A stretch of DNA of 64,000 bases from contig NC_079170.1 of the NCBI RefSeq assembly GCF_947568905.1, forward strand, positions 20,398,001-20,462,000, read 5' to 3'. Every line of letters begins with the position of its first letter. Within the stretch, counting starts at the first letter, position 1. This document shows, piece after piece, positions 13,001 through 26,302 of this stretch. The DNA is from Ostrea edulis. Its lineage: Eukaryota. A model generated the notes under the pieces. The model had not been told where the DNA came from. It did no database searches and saw nothing but the letters and a program-made list of their open reading frames with translations. The translations under genes and the position numbers were made by a program.

Positions 13001-13751
13001 TTATTAGAGAAAGAAGCCCTCTCATGGCCCAAGAGGCCGTTAGAGCAGATACCTTCCTATAGGTAACATCTACATGCATGTTGGAAAGGAAAATATAGAA
13101 AACTGATGATAAATCAAACCATATCTATCGAACTTGAAAAGTTTTGGTCAAAATGGTGTAGATTCGAATGCAAGCGCGAGGACATGTTGAATGTAGTGTA
13201 CCAAAGCTCACATCGTTCCGAGATTATACATACCATCCGTATAAACATGTACATCCTATTTTCTTAATCATATATATTTAATCCCCGATTTAACGGCATT
13301 GTATTATGTTGGCTATGTTTGTAAATTTGCTAAAAGATGACGGCTGAATATATCACCACAATGCACCGTTTACATCAATTGCGTTATATTTCACACGTTT
13401 GATGAATAGGCGGATCAAATATTTGAAGTCATGTAACTAGGTGTTAGGATGCTTTGACAGAACGTTAGGTGTTAACTTCGAGATACGTTTGTCCTGCTAT
13501 GGATATAGATACTAATACCAATACATTTTACTTCTCCCTCAATCACAGTCACGCCGTAAGACTTATTGAAACATGGGCATGCCGTCCTCCTTTGTCTTTT
13601 TAATATTTTCCATTGTATAAAATGCAAAATACAAATCCAACGAGTTACATGTTTACGTTTGATAAGTTTTAAAATCTGTCCATCATTAAAAATAATGAAC
13701 CTTTTCAACTTATTGAACGGTAACAGGTATACTATTGGATTTTCTCCAACA

Positions 13752-13995
13752 CATGAAGGGTGATGATAGCGAACAGTGATCAATCTCATAGATCCCAAAC
13801 GTAATACAAAATAGATAGTTGGGCAAACACCAGAGGTGAGATCAGGTGCCTAGGAAGAGTAAGCAACCCCTATCGACCGGTTACACCTGCAGTGAACCCT
13901 ATATCTTGATCATGTAAAATTAGTTCTCCGTAGTCAATATCAGTGTGCCAAGAACGATCTAGATGACAATCGGTATGAAACACGTCAGACAGCAT
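13752..13995 (-). mobile_element. Penelope-like 3' UTR fragment
   Basis: atgaagggtgatgatagcgaacagtgatcaatctc...ggtgcctaggaagagtaagc...cacgtcagacagcattt. Confidence 0.85.
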
Positions 13996-15177
13996 TTCAG
14001 TTTAACCTTGGGGTTTCCTCATTAGCTGAAGTTCTCTTGGGAATTTGGCCATGCTCATACTTTTACAGATGTGGAATATATGAGTTATAGTAGGTACAGT
14101 TAAATCATTAATTTGTGCTTGTATAATAGGTATTTGTAGCACGGTGTTTATTTATATTGCTGAATTGATGATTTCCTTTGTGTTAATAGTCGCCCACTTT
14201 CTTTATCATTATTTACTTTGAAGTACCAAGGCGAAAACTGCCTATTATAGGGTTTAAAAATCAGTTGATATTTCGACAATCCTCATAACAAAGAAATCCT
14301 CTGTCTAGGTATAAAAAATTGAATTTCGTAGAATAGAATTGCTTTTATTTGTCACGAAAAGGGGGTCCAACTCCAATAGCTGTTTTACATAATCCTTCAC
14401 ACATGCACGTTACTGGAAAATTGTCAAGAGATAATAACAATCTTATGTCAGTATTAATCTAGTCTAGATTAAAGAATTGGATAATGAGGTCATCTTTATT
14501 GAACATGTGAATTAAATTTTGTCTCCTGCAAGGAAGAGAAGGGATGAACGTGTGGGGGAAAGGAGGAATTTAAAAATATGAATAGCAAAAAAGTTGCATT
14601 TGTTTGGAGATTATATATTGTCCGCTAGCGGATAACCTTTTGAAATCTAAACGATCCGATGATTGTATAGTCCGTCATTAAATAAAATTAATGGTAAATT
14701 GTCTGCATGACATTTTAGAAGTTAGGGCGTATTGATGAATAATGAGCAGGATTGTAAATTGAAGTTATCATGAAACAATATCAAAAAACAAACAAACCAC
14801 ACACTCATTATATTTGTTAATATCCACTTTCGCACATCACCTCTTCCAACATCACGCTTCATACAGCCACTTTCCTCATTATTATTACAGAATCGTCTCT
14901 CCATTAGGTAGTTTAGAGTAATATCTTTAAAGATTGTGACATTTAGCTTCGGATATGATATGATTTGAGAAAAACTGAAGAGCATATTGAGGGAATATTT
15001 TTCTAACCATATTTCAATGTCTAAGGTTGAGCTTACACATCCATGTATAATAATTTTGATTGACATTTACAAGGCTTACAAATGCCGTCACGTATTATAT
15101 CAACTGAATATGGAACATTTATCATTGTAATATCTCTCCATCATTTGATCGCATGCCTTACATTATGTATCATGATA

Positions 15178-15495
15178 CTTTGAAATTCTATGGTCGTTAT
15201 AACGATCTAGTTCGTCAATACAACCTCGCATTGGATCAAATGCTGTCTGACGTGTTTCATACCGATTGTTAAGCCGTTCTTGGCACACTGATTTTGACTG
15301 CGGATAACTCCGTTTAACTGATCAGGATATGGGACTCTCGGCGGGTGTGACCGGTCAACAGGGGATGCTTACTCCTCGTAGGCACCTGATCCCACCTCTA
15401 GTGTTGTCCAGGGGTCCGTGTTTGCCCAACTTTCTATTTTGTATTGCTTGTAGGAGTTATGAGATTGATCACTGTTCGTTATCTTCACCTTGCAT
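15178..15495 (+). mobile_element. Penelope-like 3' fragment (KFYGRYNDLVRQYNL... + UTR)
   Basis: Close match to the reverse complement of 19851-20165. Confidence 0.9.
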
Positions 15496-16289
15496 GTATA
15501 CATTTTGTTTGTTTGATAAGGAAATTATGTTTCATCTGATAAGACAATGGTCATCGTGTTGTTAATATTAAGTGCTTGTATTAGAGATAAACAGGCAAAA
15601 TCAGAAAAATATTCCAGAAAGGGGGGAGGGGCAAAACTTTCCAACAATGATAATAATGTTTTGATGTATGGTCTAAATTGAGTCAATCGTGAGACCAAAA
15701 TATAGGTCAAGTTCATTATATTAATAGTAACACGAGCAAATTGTATTTTGCTCAATCCCTAGCTTCCCTACATAGAAAGTGGTTTAGAATTACCCATTTT
15801 TGCGATAAATTGAATTAGTTAATATCAGTTTTATGAATTAAAACTTATTGATATGGTGAAATATACAGTCTAATGTATCATTTGCTACTGTTGGATGATT
15901 TTTCATGTTTGATACATTAAAAGGGAGGTGCGACAAACATGGCTTACTATTTCAGATGTTCATTGTTAGTCAACTCTGAGCACCTGTATCGTGTGAGGTA
16001 GACAACTATTTTAATTGGTTGTATTTCCTTATTTTTTAGATACTTAGGATATATTAAGAATGATATTATGGAGCTTGGCAAATAATGAGAAGTAGCTGAA
16101 AATTGCCATAAATAATAGCTATATTCCGACTTATTTGAAGAAAACTAATTTGGCTGTAAAACCGTTTCTGTTAATGATTTCTAAACAATTATTTTATTAT
16201 ACTCATGAAAAAAACATTTATATCATCATTTCTAAGCTGGAAAATAGTAAAAAAGGTCGAAAAAATATGATAAATACACTTCTTCTGTA

Positions 16290-16750
16290 TAAATTGAAAT
16301 GGGGATTCCAAGTGTAACTCTTCAAAAAAGGAGTCTCAAAAGGTATACGAGAAATGCTGGTATCGTATGACTTGTAATGTTTGCAAATGTTTTGGAGATC
16401 ATAGCTTTATTTGTGGAAATTTTGGTCATAATTTCGAAGATTCTGACACTTCATCGTTGATTGATTGTAAGACAGACACTTCTGCACACCTATGTTCATC
16501 AAACGGTTCGAAATATCCTTATTGATTCTGTACCGGACCAGAGTTTTATGCGTTACCGGACAGTTAAATATGTCAAAAACAACGAGACCATTACGGCATA
16601 TATTGGAAAAGAACACGGACAAATGCAGTGTCTAGACAATTGCTCTTCCAGAAAGGCGAAGGCGGATTGAGGTGCATCACCAATGTTTTGGTATCGGTCA
16701 ATGGAGGCAATTCAGGTTGAAGCTGGTAAGGAAACTTTACATAAATGTGT
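16290..16750 (+). mobile_element. Degenerate L1/Tx1-like LINE fragment (tentative)
   Basis: Frameshifted remnants ...IYWKRTRTNAVSRQLLFQKGEGGLRC...MEAIQVE resemble the F-W...L...GGLG region after L1-clade RT. Confidence 0.35.
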
Positions 16751-17839
16751 GTAATGTCCAACTCCCGGTTCCGGCTCCCCGAAAAATATTAGCTGTTTTT
16801 TTTAAAATGTTTTTTTATAAAGTGTGATGCCAAATCTGTGGTTTTGGTAGCAGTAATTAGGTGGTGGAAAAATGGATATTTATGTCTACACTGAGGAAAT
16901 GTTCATGTAGTGTTATACAGTATTACAGAGACCTTCCATAGGAACTATAAAATATTCAGAGCCAGGTACGTTTTTTGTCTAACACTCAGACAGTAAAAAA
17001 ATGGAGATAAAGATCTGTAATTTATTCCAAATTTTAAAAGCCAGTCACATTCCATTATTTCAATAGTTATTTGGAGTGGGATGGTTGAGAAAGAATAGAG
17101 GAAAAAATTCCAACTCCCACAGAAGGTTGACAAAATCTGAACAGGAGATATGAGTAATTTGCTTTCGGTCATTGAATAATACATTAATTCAAGGACAAGT
17201 GTACAGTAGTGTAAACCTTTTTTAATGCACTGCTTTTGTTTGAAAAATTAATCCGCCATGAAACATGATACGGAAAGTAAGTAAATTCCCTAACTGAAAA
17301 TATGTCAGGATCAAGGAACAGTACCAGTATATCATCTGATCTGAACACCTGATATCAAATTCATATTGCTCCTGCACACTACTGTCTGAGGTATAAAATC
17401 ATTCAAGTGTATGTAGTTAAATCTAAAGGCATAAATTATAATAACATAAACCTACAAACGTACATAACTGTCATATACCAAATTTGCTACAACCTACCAT
17501 TTATCACAGTACTGTATCCCTTTTTGTAAGAAAATTTTTAATGGATTTTTTTTTTTACTTTATTGCAGGGTATAAAGCAATGCAGCATTATGCTCAAGCA
17601 AATTGAGGAATTCTTTGGCATGTTTGAATGTACCTAACAGTATTGAGGATGATATACAAGTAGGTAAATTAAATGCATATCCTGTACTAATTCTACATTT
17701 ATAAAATTGATTTTCAATCTGATGCCCAACTGATCAAATAAACCTGAACTAGCATATACATGTATGGTCTGAAAGTAAATTATTTTGCCTTTGTTTGTGG
17801 CTTATTAATGAACCTGTTTTCAAATACTTCTTGTGTTTG

Positions 17840-19085
17840 ATAATAATAATATAATAATAAGACCTTTATTTAACCAGGATTACATATTTAGCGATAACGC
17901 TAGTTTTCAATATGGTCCTGCATATAACATACATACAGACAGATATTAGTAAAATAAACACAGATTAAAAGAAGTAGAATACATATAAACTTAAGAAATA
18001 ATTATGAATGTAAGATAAATAGAATACAAAATGAAGCTTAAAAAGTATGGTGATAATCTCTAAGATAATTTCTCTTAAAACACGCAACACTCGTTGAGTT
18101 TCTTATGTTTTGACTCAAGGCATTCCACACTGTGCTCCCTGAAATGCTGAAAGATCTTCTATAATATTCTGTTTTTGCCCTGGGTATATACAAAATATTT
18201 GAATAAGAATTTCTAGTTTGCCTCTGACTGACTTCTGATACATATTTAAAAACATTTAAATAATCTGGCATTAAACCATGTAAAACTTTATACACTAAAA
18301 TGACTTTTCTATAGACAAAGTAATCTGATAGAGGCAACCAGTTAAGTTCTGTAAACATGACATTAGATGGTGTTTCAAAATTTCTGATGTTAAGAATTAC
18401 CCTTGCAGCTCGTTTTTGCAATATAAAAAGCTTATTCACATTTTCAGCATTTCTTGGATTGCTCCATATAGTACAACAATATGTAAAATGTGGAAAAATC
18501 ATAGTATTAAAAATCTTCAGCAGCGCATCGTTTGACATAAAATATCTTATTCTTCTTAAAATGCCAATTCTCTTGGAAATCTTGTTCATAAGTGATTCTA
18601 TATGACTTTTCCAGGACAAAGTTTCATCAATAATAATACCAAGTAATTTTGACTCCTGAACACATTCTATGACATGGTTATTTATCACTAAATCTAATTT
18701 TCGATACTTTGATAATTTTTGTGCCGATCCAATAAGCATACATTGAGTTTTAGACAGGTTTAAGCTTAATTTATTTTCCTTAATCCACATTATACTGCGC
18801 TGAAGATCTTCATACATCTTTGACTCAATATTTTCCACTGACTTATCTGTTACATCTTGTGAAGTATCATCTGCATACATATTTACATGAGAATGTTTCA
18901 GTGCTTGTGGATAGTCATTAATATACAGGATAAAAAACAATGGGCCTAAAATAGAGCCTTGCGGAACTCCAATGGTTACATTTCTTTCCTCCGATAAATT
19001 GCCTTTCCAAATAACTCTCTGTGTACGATTTGTTAGATATGATTTAAACCATTCAAAAGTATCATTGCATATGCCAATGCTAAAT
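17840..19085 (-). mobile_element. 5'-truncated CR1/L2-group LINE; RT C-terminal ORF (18038-18940 and upstream)
   Basis: WFKSYLTNRTQRV...GVPQGSILGPLFFILYIND...YADDT...KLLGIIIDETLSW...WNAL; 3' UTR with AATAAA and (ATT)n-like tail at ~17840-17860. Confidence 0.92.
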
Positions 19086-19850
19086 ATATCTTTACATTCA
19101 GAATGTTGTAAAAATGAATTACATGTGGAATTCTAATTATTAATCATAATTATCCAAGAATTTGTTTTTAGCATGTCTGATTGTCTTTTTGTCCTTATTC
19201 TGACAATGAAAGTCATAGAGAGTGTTTTGTATGTATATATATAATAGCCCCCCCCCCCATTTTATCTTTTAAGAGAAAGTTTTCATTAAATGTATGACTT
19301 TTACTTATAGCGTAAGAGAATGAACCAAACAAAACAAAGAAACTGTGAATAAGTGTCCAAGGTGTCACGTTAGAAACAATGGAAAATCTGCACATAGATG
19401 AACATTATCTGAAGTATAGTTATGGATCTGATAGCAATGTTCAGTATCAGAAGAGACCTTGTCAACGATGTACATGTATAATGCTGTGTACATCAATATT
19501 TCTTAATTCTACAATTGTTATAGATTATGGTATAATGCATGATGGGGTTTACATTATATTTGTCTATCATATACACATTGCATGTATTTAATTCTATGAA
19601 TCAGACAAAAAATGTAAATGTTTGTGTTTCTGTTAACATCTAAGTCAAAACTGAAGTAGGCTGGTAGAATATACATTATAATTTTTTTCTCAAACTTTTA
19701 TTTTCAAAAGAACACTAAGAGACAATCTAATCACAATCTATATTTTTAAAGTTACATGTACATTAACATATTTGATTTGAGGGGCTCAGTTTTTACAGTT
19801 AATGGTACTTTTAAATATGCTTGATATTAATTACTTTGAAATTAGTACAA

Positions 19851-20885
19851 GTGCAAGGTGAAGATAACGAACAGTGATCAACCTCATAACTCCTACAAGC
19901 AATACAAAATAGAAAGTTGGGCAAACACGGACCCCTGGACACACCAGAGGTGGGATCAGGTGCCTAGGAGGAGTAAGCATCCCCTGTTGACCGGTCACAC
20001 CCGCCGAGAGCCCCATATCCTGATCAGGTAAACGGAGTTATCCGCAGTCAAAATCAGTGTGCCAAGAACGGCTTAACAATCGGTATGAAACACGTCAGAC
20101 AGCATTTGACCCAATGCGAGGTTGTATTGACGAACTAGATCGTTATAACGACCATAGAATTTGCGAAATGCTGATTTCAATCGAGACTGTTGAAATCCCT
20201 GTACCATCAACTTGTTTGTCAGTAGCTTACCTCGATTTAAAAACTGACTATACCCAGAACAAGCTCTTGCATTTCGAATCAGTTGAGATATATAAACACC
20301 ATATGCAGGTGATAATGGAATATTGCTACATAAATGTGGGAAGTTGACGATGGAGAAGCTGAAATCATCCCGTTTGTCATACAGTTGAGTTGTTAGTTTG
20401 CCGTTAATGTCTACTTTCAATAAAATATCTAAGTATGAAGCAGAAGTAGACGACTCTATGGTGTCCTTTATTTCGAGCTCACAGGGATATATCAAATCGA
20501 CATATGAATGAAAGCTCTCATTGTTAATAGACAAAACGTCATCGATATATCTAAAAGTCGAATTGAAGGTCAGATCGAGAGATTTTTTCTTCTCACGTAG
20601 AAGTTTTTGAATAAATTCTGCTTCATATGAATATAAAAACAGGTCAGCTAAGAAAGGAGCACAATTCGTGACCATGGGAATTCCAACAGACTGTTGGAAG
20701 ACCTCATCACCAAAGACCACGAAGATATTGTCAATGAGGAACTCTAGCATATTTTTTATTTCAACTTCAGAGTACTTGTGCGTGGAATTAGAGTGGTGTT
20801 TAACAAAGTAAGTTTTTGAATGAATGATCACTAGATATGAATATTTCCCTTTTCCGTGTTTGATGAAGAAGCAAGTGTGAACTTC
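19851..20885 (-). mobile_element. Best-preserved Penelope-like element (RT without C-terminal GIY-YIG; Naiad-like), 5'-truncated
   Basis: ORF 20073-20918 has LIDNIF..FG..VFQQ.VGIPM.TNCAP.LADLFLY and FRYIDD (PLE RT). It stops directly after the thumb (RKFYGRYNDLV...DVFHTDC*) and is followed by a ~220-nt UTR. Naiad assignment is inferred from the missing C-terminal endonuclease. Confidence 0.85.
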
Positions 20886-21568
20886 AAAACAATGTTTATT
20901 GAAAAATCTCTTTAACAATATATATTTTATTTTAAATTCTAGGGTAGGAGGTATAATTTCAAAACAGTAGAAACACAGTAATTTTCATTTTAGGCCCCAT
21001 TTTCATTAAACATAATGCAAGGATTTTGTAAAGAACTGAATTTTTCTCTCAAAATGCTCCATATTGATCAGTTGAAGGCTGTTAAAACTTAGTGGATGAA
21101 AATTGGTTTTTTTTTAATTTGATATCATTGTTTTATTTTTTACCTTCAAAACATAAAACTTGTAGTGAAGAACTGAAGCTTAATCAAGATAAATAAAATG
21201 TAATGAAAGTAAAGGCCATATTCAAAGTCACTTCTTTTTTACAAATATATCGATAGAAACCCAGTGAACGAAAATCATGTTTAAAGTTGCATTTACATGT
21301 AAGGTCAAATACATTTCATGCAAATGATGTTTTTATTATGTTACACATGTTAAATTTTGCACAAAAGTAAATCTTATGAAATAATCATTCTATCCATATT
21401 CAGGGATGAGGTCAAATTTATATATTACTATACTGCATCTATTTCTACTTCAGTAATTCTACAAGATCCCTCAAACATTTAGACAGCTTTGATTGTTATG
21501 GATTTTTAAATCTTATGTACATTGCTAAAAAAAATCTTTGTAGATTGTTTCATCTACAAGATATTTAA

Positions 21569-21699
21569 GGTAGCTCACTACACCAAGGCTCATATCACAA
21601 GTTAGCAATTTGAATGTTTTGTGAAATTGTTTTTAGCTCACCTGAGCCAAAGGCTCAAGTGAGCTTTTCTGATCACATTTTGTCCGGCGTCCGTCTGTC

Positions 21700-21738
<39 letters not shown>

Positions 21739-22384
21739 ATGAACCACTGGGTCAATTTCAACCAAACATGGCCAAAAGCATCCTCGGATGAAGGGCTTTC
21801 AAGTTTGTTCAAATGAAGGGCCATGTCCCTTTCAAAGGGGAGATAATCACTAAAATGCAAAAATAGGGTGGGGTCATTTAAAAATCTTCTTATCAAGAAC
21901 CACTGGCACAGAAGATCTGAAATTTACCTGAAAGCTTCCTGACATATTGCAGATTCAAGTTTGTTCAAATCATGGTTCCCGGTGGTAGGATGGGGCCACA
22001 AGGGGGATCAAAGTTTGCATAGAAATATATAGGGACAAACTTTAAAAATATTCTTCTCAAGAACCACTGAGCCAGAAAAGCTGATTTTTACATGAAAACT
22101 TTCTGACATAGTGGAGATTCAAGTTTGGTCAAATCATGGCCCCCGGGCGGTAGGATGGGGCCACAAGTGGGGGGGGGGGTTCAAAGTTTTACATACAAAT
22201 ATAGGAAAAAGCTTTTAAAATATTCTTCTCAAGAACCATTGGGCCAAAGAAGTTGACATTTACATGAAAACTTTCTGACATAGTGTATATTCAAGTTTGC
22301 AAAGGGTAGTTTGGGCCATAATAGGGACTATTAGGTTTTACATGCAAATATATATGGAAAGTCTTCAGATTTGGGCCAAGGTGA

Positions 22385-22422
<38 letters not shown>

Positions 22423-22680
22423 CGATTGATTTGGTTGCATGTCTATCATTGTGGCTCAGTGAATAAAGCATTGGGCTGGTGAACCTTAGATCCTGAGTTC
22501 AAATCTGCCGTAGGCTGTTTTTCATAGTTAATGATATTAATTTTTAAAATCATGTTATTTTTATCCAAAATTGCATATTGTCTGCCTTTTTGACATATAT
22601 ACTTATGATGTATCATATCCTTCATGATGAAATAATTTTTGCGCTGATTTGAAAAACTCTTTAAGTTGTAGTGAGCCACC
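21569..22680. mobile_element. Kolobok-like non-autonomous DNA transposon (TTAA TSD)
   Basis: TTAA|GGTAGCTCACTACA ... TGTAGTGAGCCACC|TTAA: 14-bp TIR with 1 mismatch, RR...YY termini. Confidence 0.8.
21630..22418 (+). mobile_element. Helentron-associated non-autonomous element (HINE) with ~165-bp internal tandem repeats, nested in the Kolobok MITE
   Basis: Starts ttttagctcacctgag...gtgagcttttctgatc, then gtcc/gtct microsatellite, then ~4 units of aagaaccactg...gattcaagtttg..., ends caggtgagcgatgtggcccatgggcctcttgttt. Confidence 0.8.
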
Positions 22681-24589
22681 TTAACTCTCCTTGAAAGAAG
22701 ATTGCACATATTGGTCTATTTCTCAGTTGGTTCATAGACAGATATGGTATTAGAAAAGATTTTTCTGTATAGGTTTCCTAAGACAAACTGGTGTATCTTA
22801 GTAGATAACCCCTATTCAATTTTAGGACACTTGGTTAAAGGAGTTGGAGTAACATAAATATCTTTAACGATCAGGATATCAGATTTATGTGGTCAAACAT
22901 ATGGATTATTTTGAAATTGTGCATAATAATACAGTTTGGTGTATAATTACTATGATTTGTATAAGATACTTTGAATTACCAATTTCAAAATTAGTATTTG
23001 TTAAAAATTTCTTAACATGATAATGTTGTTTTCTTTTGGTATTGATATAATTGTTGGTATGGTATGTGAAATGCATTGTGTGGTGGATTTTATCGACTTT
23101 GTCAGATTTCCTAATGATAGTATTTTCACATCCCTTGTTGAAATGAAAAATATTATTTGCCGAGCTCAATATTTTTATGAGTTGGCCATATATGACAGAG
23201 CTTTTACTAAATGAACACAAAACCCTCAAACTTGGCCTACCTTGGAAGACGGATGGCTCTGAAAAAATGTTGAATCAGCTATGTTTTGGGGGGTACCCAT
23301 AATAAAGGTATCGGTACTCGATTATGATAAAATATCTTCACCTCATTTTTAGTTTGATTTATAGCATAGAGGAGGTACCTTTTTAAGTCTGTCCAGAATT
23401 GGACTGCCTATCTCAGTTATCTATATTTCGGGTATGAAAAATAGCTGAAAAAGCTGTATTTTGGCTTGATAATTGAGACCAATATGCCTGGAATATCTGG
23501 TGCTGTATAAAAAGAACATGCATGGATATTTCACTGAAATATTTTGTGAATGGAGATAAAACCCATAGGTGATTCTCCATGTAAAATATCACAAGGATTG
23601 GTAACATGTGCTTCTGGACTGTTTTGCATGGTTTTATCTGAGACAAGCACTTGAAACAATAATATATTGAATAAGATGATTTATCATTTGATCGAATAAT
23701 TCCATGCTTTTTGATTGTCTGAAATACAACAACTTAGGCAAAATAGAACATTATGCTTTTCTGTATGTACCCTTGAAGTGAATTCACGATTATTTAAAGT
23801 TATGAAGGAATTGGAAAAAATAACCAATGTTTGTACGCTTAACTCTTAATCTTTAATGCAAATGTTAAGTGATTGAAACGATTTACACGATTTCTGAGTT
23901 ACTGGTCACACACCTGGGCTGGGTACCAACTCTCTAATTCCTTTTTCAAAAACGATTTTGCGCTTTTTCTTTACACTTTACACTAAGTATGTACAGTCAA
24001 AACTGCTATAGCGAACCTCTGTATTAAGCCAGTCACTGTCGTATGTTACCGAAAATTGTCCCCCAATACGTTACCCTATCAACTGTACCTGTATTAAACG
24101 ATCACCTGTCTGACGCGACCAACGACCATGCATGTGACAACTTTTTCGTGTAATATCACGAAATTTTACTTTTATTAACGATTTTACATTTTTCGATTAC
24201 AACGCGATTCCTAATTTTGATTTCGGTTGAGCATGCCTATTCTGGGAATCGGGGTAGATCAGATATTAAATCTCCCATCTGATATATCATTATATTTAAC
24301 AGGTTGAACATTAGCCTCATTATGATATTAACCAGGTAAGGAGTGTGCTTAGGACTGAAAGTTAGCTTGTTAGTTATGAAATAAATAAAGCAGCTTACAT
24401 GCTTGTTATTTAGCGCCTGTTAGATAAAGGAGGAAACAAAACACGCTGTACACAGAACTTTCGCCGTATTACTACCTGTTTACTATATAACTCTATTATA
24501 AAAACAAAACTTTTCTGCGATTCGGAATACATCGTGAACAAAGCGAAATTTGTATGCAGGCGGACAAATCCTGATATACGTGGGTTTCA

Positions 24590-26302
24590 ACAGTCTCAAC
24601 TGAAGTCAGTATTTCGCAAATTCTATGGTCGTTATGACGATCTAGTTCGTCAATACAACATATAATTGGGTCAAATGCTGTTTTAAACCGCTTGTTAGGC
24701 CGTTCTATGCACACTCATTTTGACCACGGGTAACTTCGTTTACCTGATCAAGATGAAAGGTTCATAGAGGGTGTGACCGGTCGACAGGGGATACTTACTC
24801 CTCCTAGGTACCTGATCCACCCACTGATATAGCCAGGGGTCCGTGTTTGCCGAACTATCTATTTGGTATTGCTTATAGGAGTTATGAGATTAATTACTGT
24901 TCGTTTTCTTCTTTCATTCTAGAACTTCTGCAACAGAAGAGAAAATATCTTGCTGTGATCTTCAACTCGACATTAAGATATATTAACGACGTTTTAACTA
25001 TTAAAGATAATTTAATTCATATGTAAATTTCATATATTTCTTTGAAGAGTTCTTAACATCTGCTTCGTACTTAAATATTTTATCAAAAATACATATCAAC
25101 AACATCTAACAACTTAATTGTATGACAAAAAAGATGATTTCATCATCGTCAACATCCCATATTTATGTAAGAATATTCCATTATCCGCATGTGATGTTTA
25201 TAGGCATCAAATGATACGATACACAAGGGCTTGTTCTACGTGTGATCATATTCTAAATCAATGCAGGCTATTGGCATACAAGTTGATGTTACAGGGGTTT
25301 CAACAATCAACACTTCGCAAATTATATGGACGTGGTAAAATTTAGTTTACCAATACTACCTAACATTGGGTTAATGCTATCTGACGTGTTTCATCCCGAT
25401 TGTTAGACCGTTCGTGCATTGGCACACTGATTTTGACTACGGATAACTTCGTTTACCTGATCAAGATATAAGTCTTGCGACGTGTGTGATCGATCGATAT
25501 GGAATGCTTAGTCCTGGTACTACCTTTGGTATATACAAGGATCCTTGTTTGCCCAACTTTCTATTTTGTATTCCTTAGAGTAGTTATAAAATTTATCACT
25601 GTTTCTCATCTTCACCTTTCATATAGCCAATGTTGATTTTTGTCTGTATTACCGACTTTTCAAATAAATATTATCATATTCCCATGGGCACGAATTATGC
25701 TCCTATTTTAGCTGACCTGTTATTATATTCAAATAAAACAGATTTTATTCAAAAACTTACACACAAGAAGAAAAAAAAGATCTGATGTTGTGGCATTCAA
25801 ATCGACAATTAGATTTATCGACGACGTTTTGTCTATTAACAATAATAACTTTCATTCATATGTCGATTCGATATATCCAAGTGAGCTCGAAATAAAAGAC
25901 ACCACAGAGTCGTCCACTTCTGCTTCATACTTAGATATTTTATTAAAAATAGACATTAACGGCAAACTAACAACTCAACTGCATGACAAGTGCACGATTT
26001 CAGCTAATCCATCGTCAACTTCCCATATTGATGTAGAAATATTCCATTATCACCTGCACATGGTGTTTACATCTCTCAAATGATTCGATTCGCAAGAGCT
26101 TGTTCTAAGTATAGTCAGTTTTTAAATCGAGGCAAGCTACTGACAAACAAGTTGATGGTACAGGGGTTTCAACAGTCTCGATTGAAGGCAGCATTACGCA
26201 AATTCTATGATCCCATTTCTGGTGTGTCCAGGGGTTCATGTTTCTCCAACTATTGCTTATAGAGTTATGAGATTGGTCACTGTTCGTTATTGTCGCCTTT
26301 CT
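24590..26302 (+). mobile_element. Three consecutive degenerate Penelope-like fragments (~24590-24915, 24945-25622, 25660-26302)
   Basis: Repeated RT motifs (FIDDVLSINN, YPSELEIKDTTES, RGKLLTNKLMVQGF) and 3' modules. Confidence 0.85.

Noticed and set aside
14722-15066. 114-aa ORF with a hydrophobic stretch and vague LRRCT/TM resemblance
   Set aside because: Motif order is inconsistent with a TLR, there are no splice or TIR-domain signals, and similar strings arise inside a clearly non-coding MITE (22446-22709).
15329-15565. Recurrent small ORFs MGLSAGVTGQQGMLTP... (also 19831, 41039, 60776, 54263) and their antisense partners
   Set aside because: They are chance frames in the Penelope-like 3' UTR; their termini vary and they carry no domain signal.
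20073-20918. Selenoprotein-type Naiad (in-frame UGA recoding described for some clam elements)
   Set aside because: No in-frame TGA in the best-preserved ORF and no recognisable SECIS.
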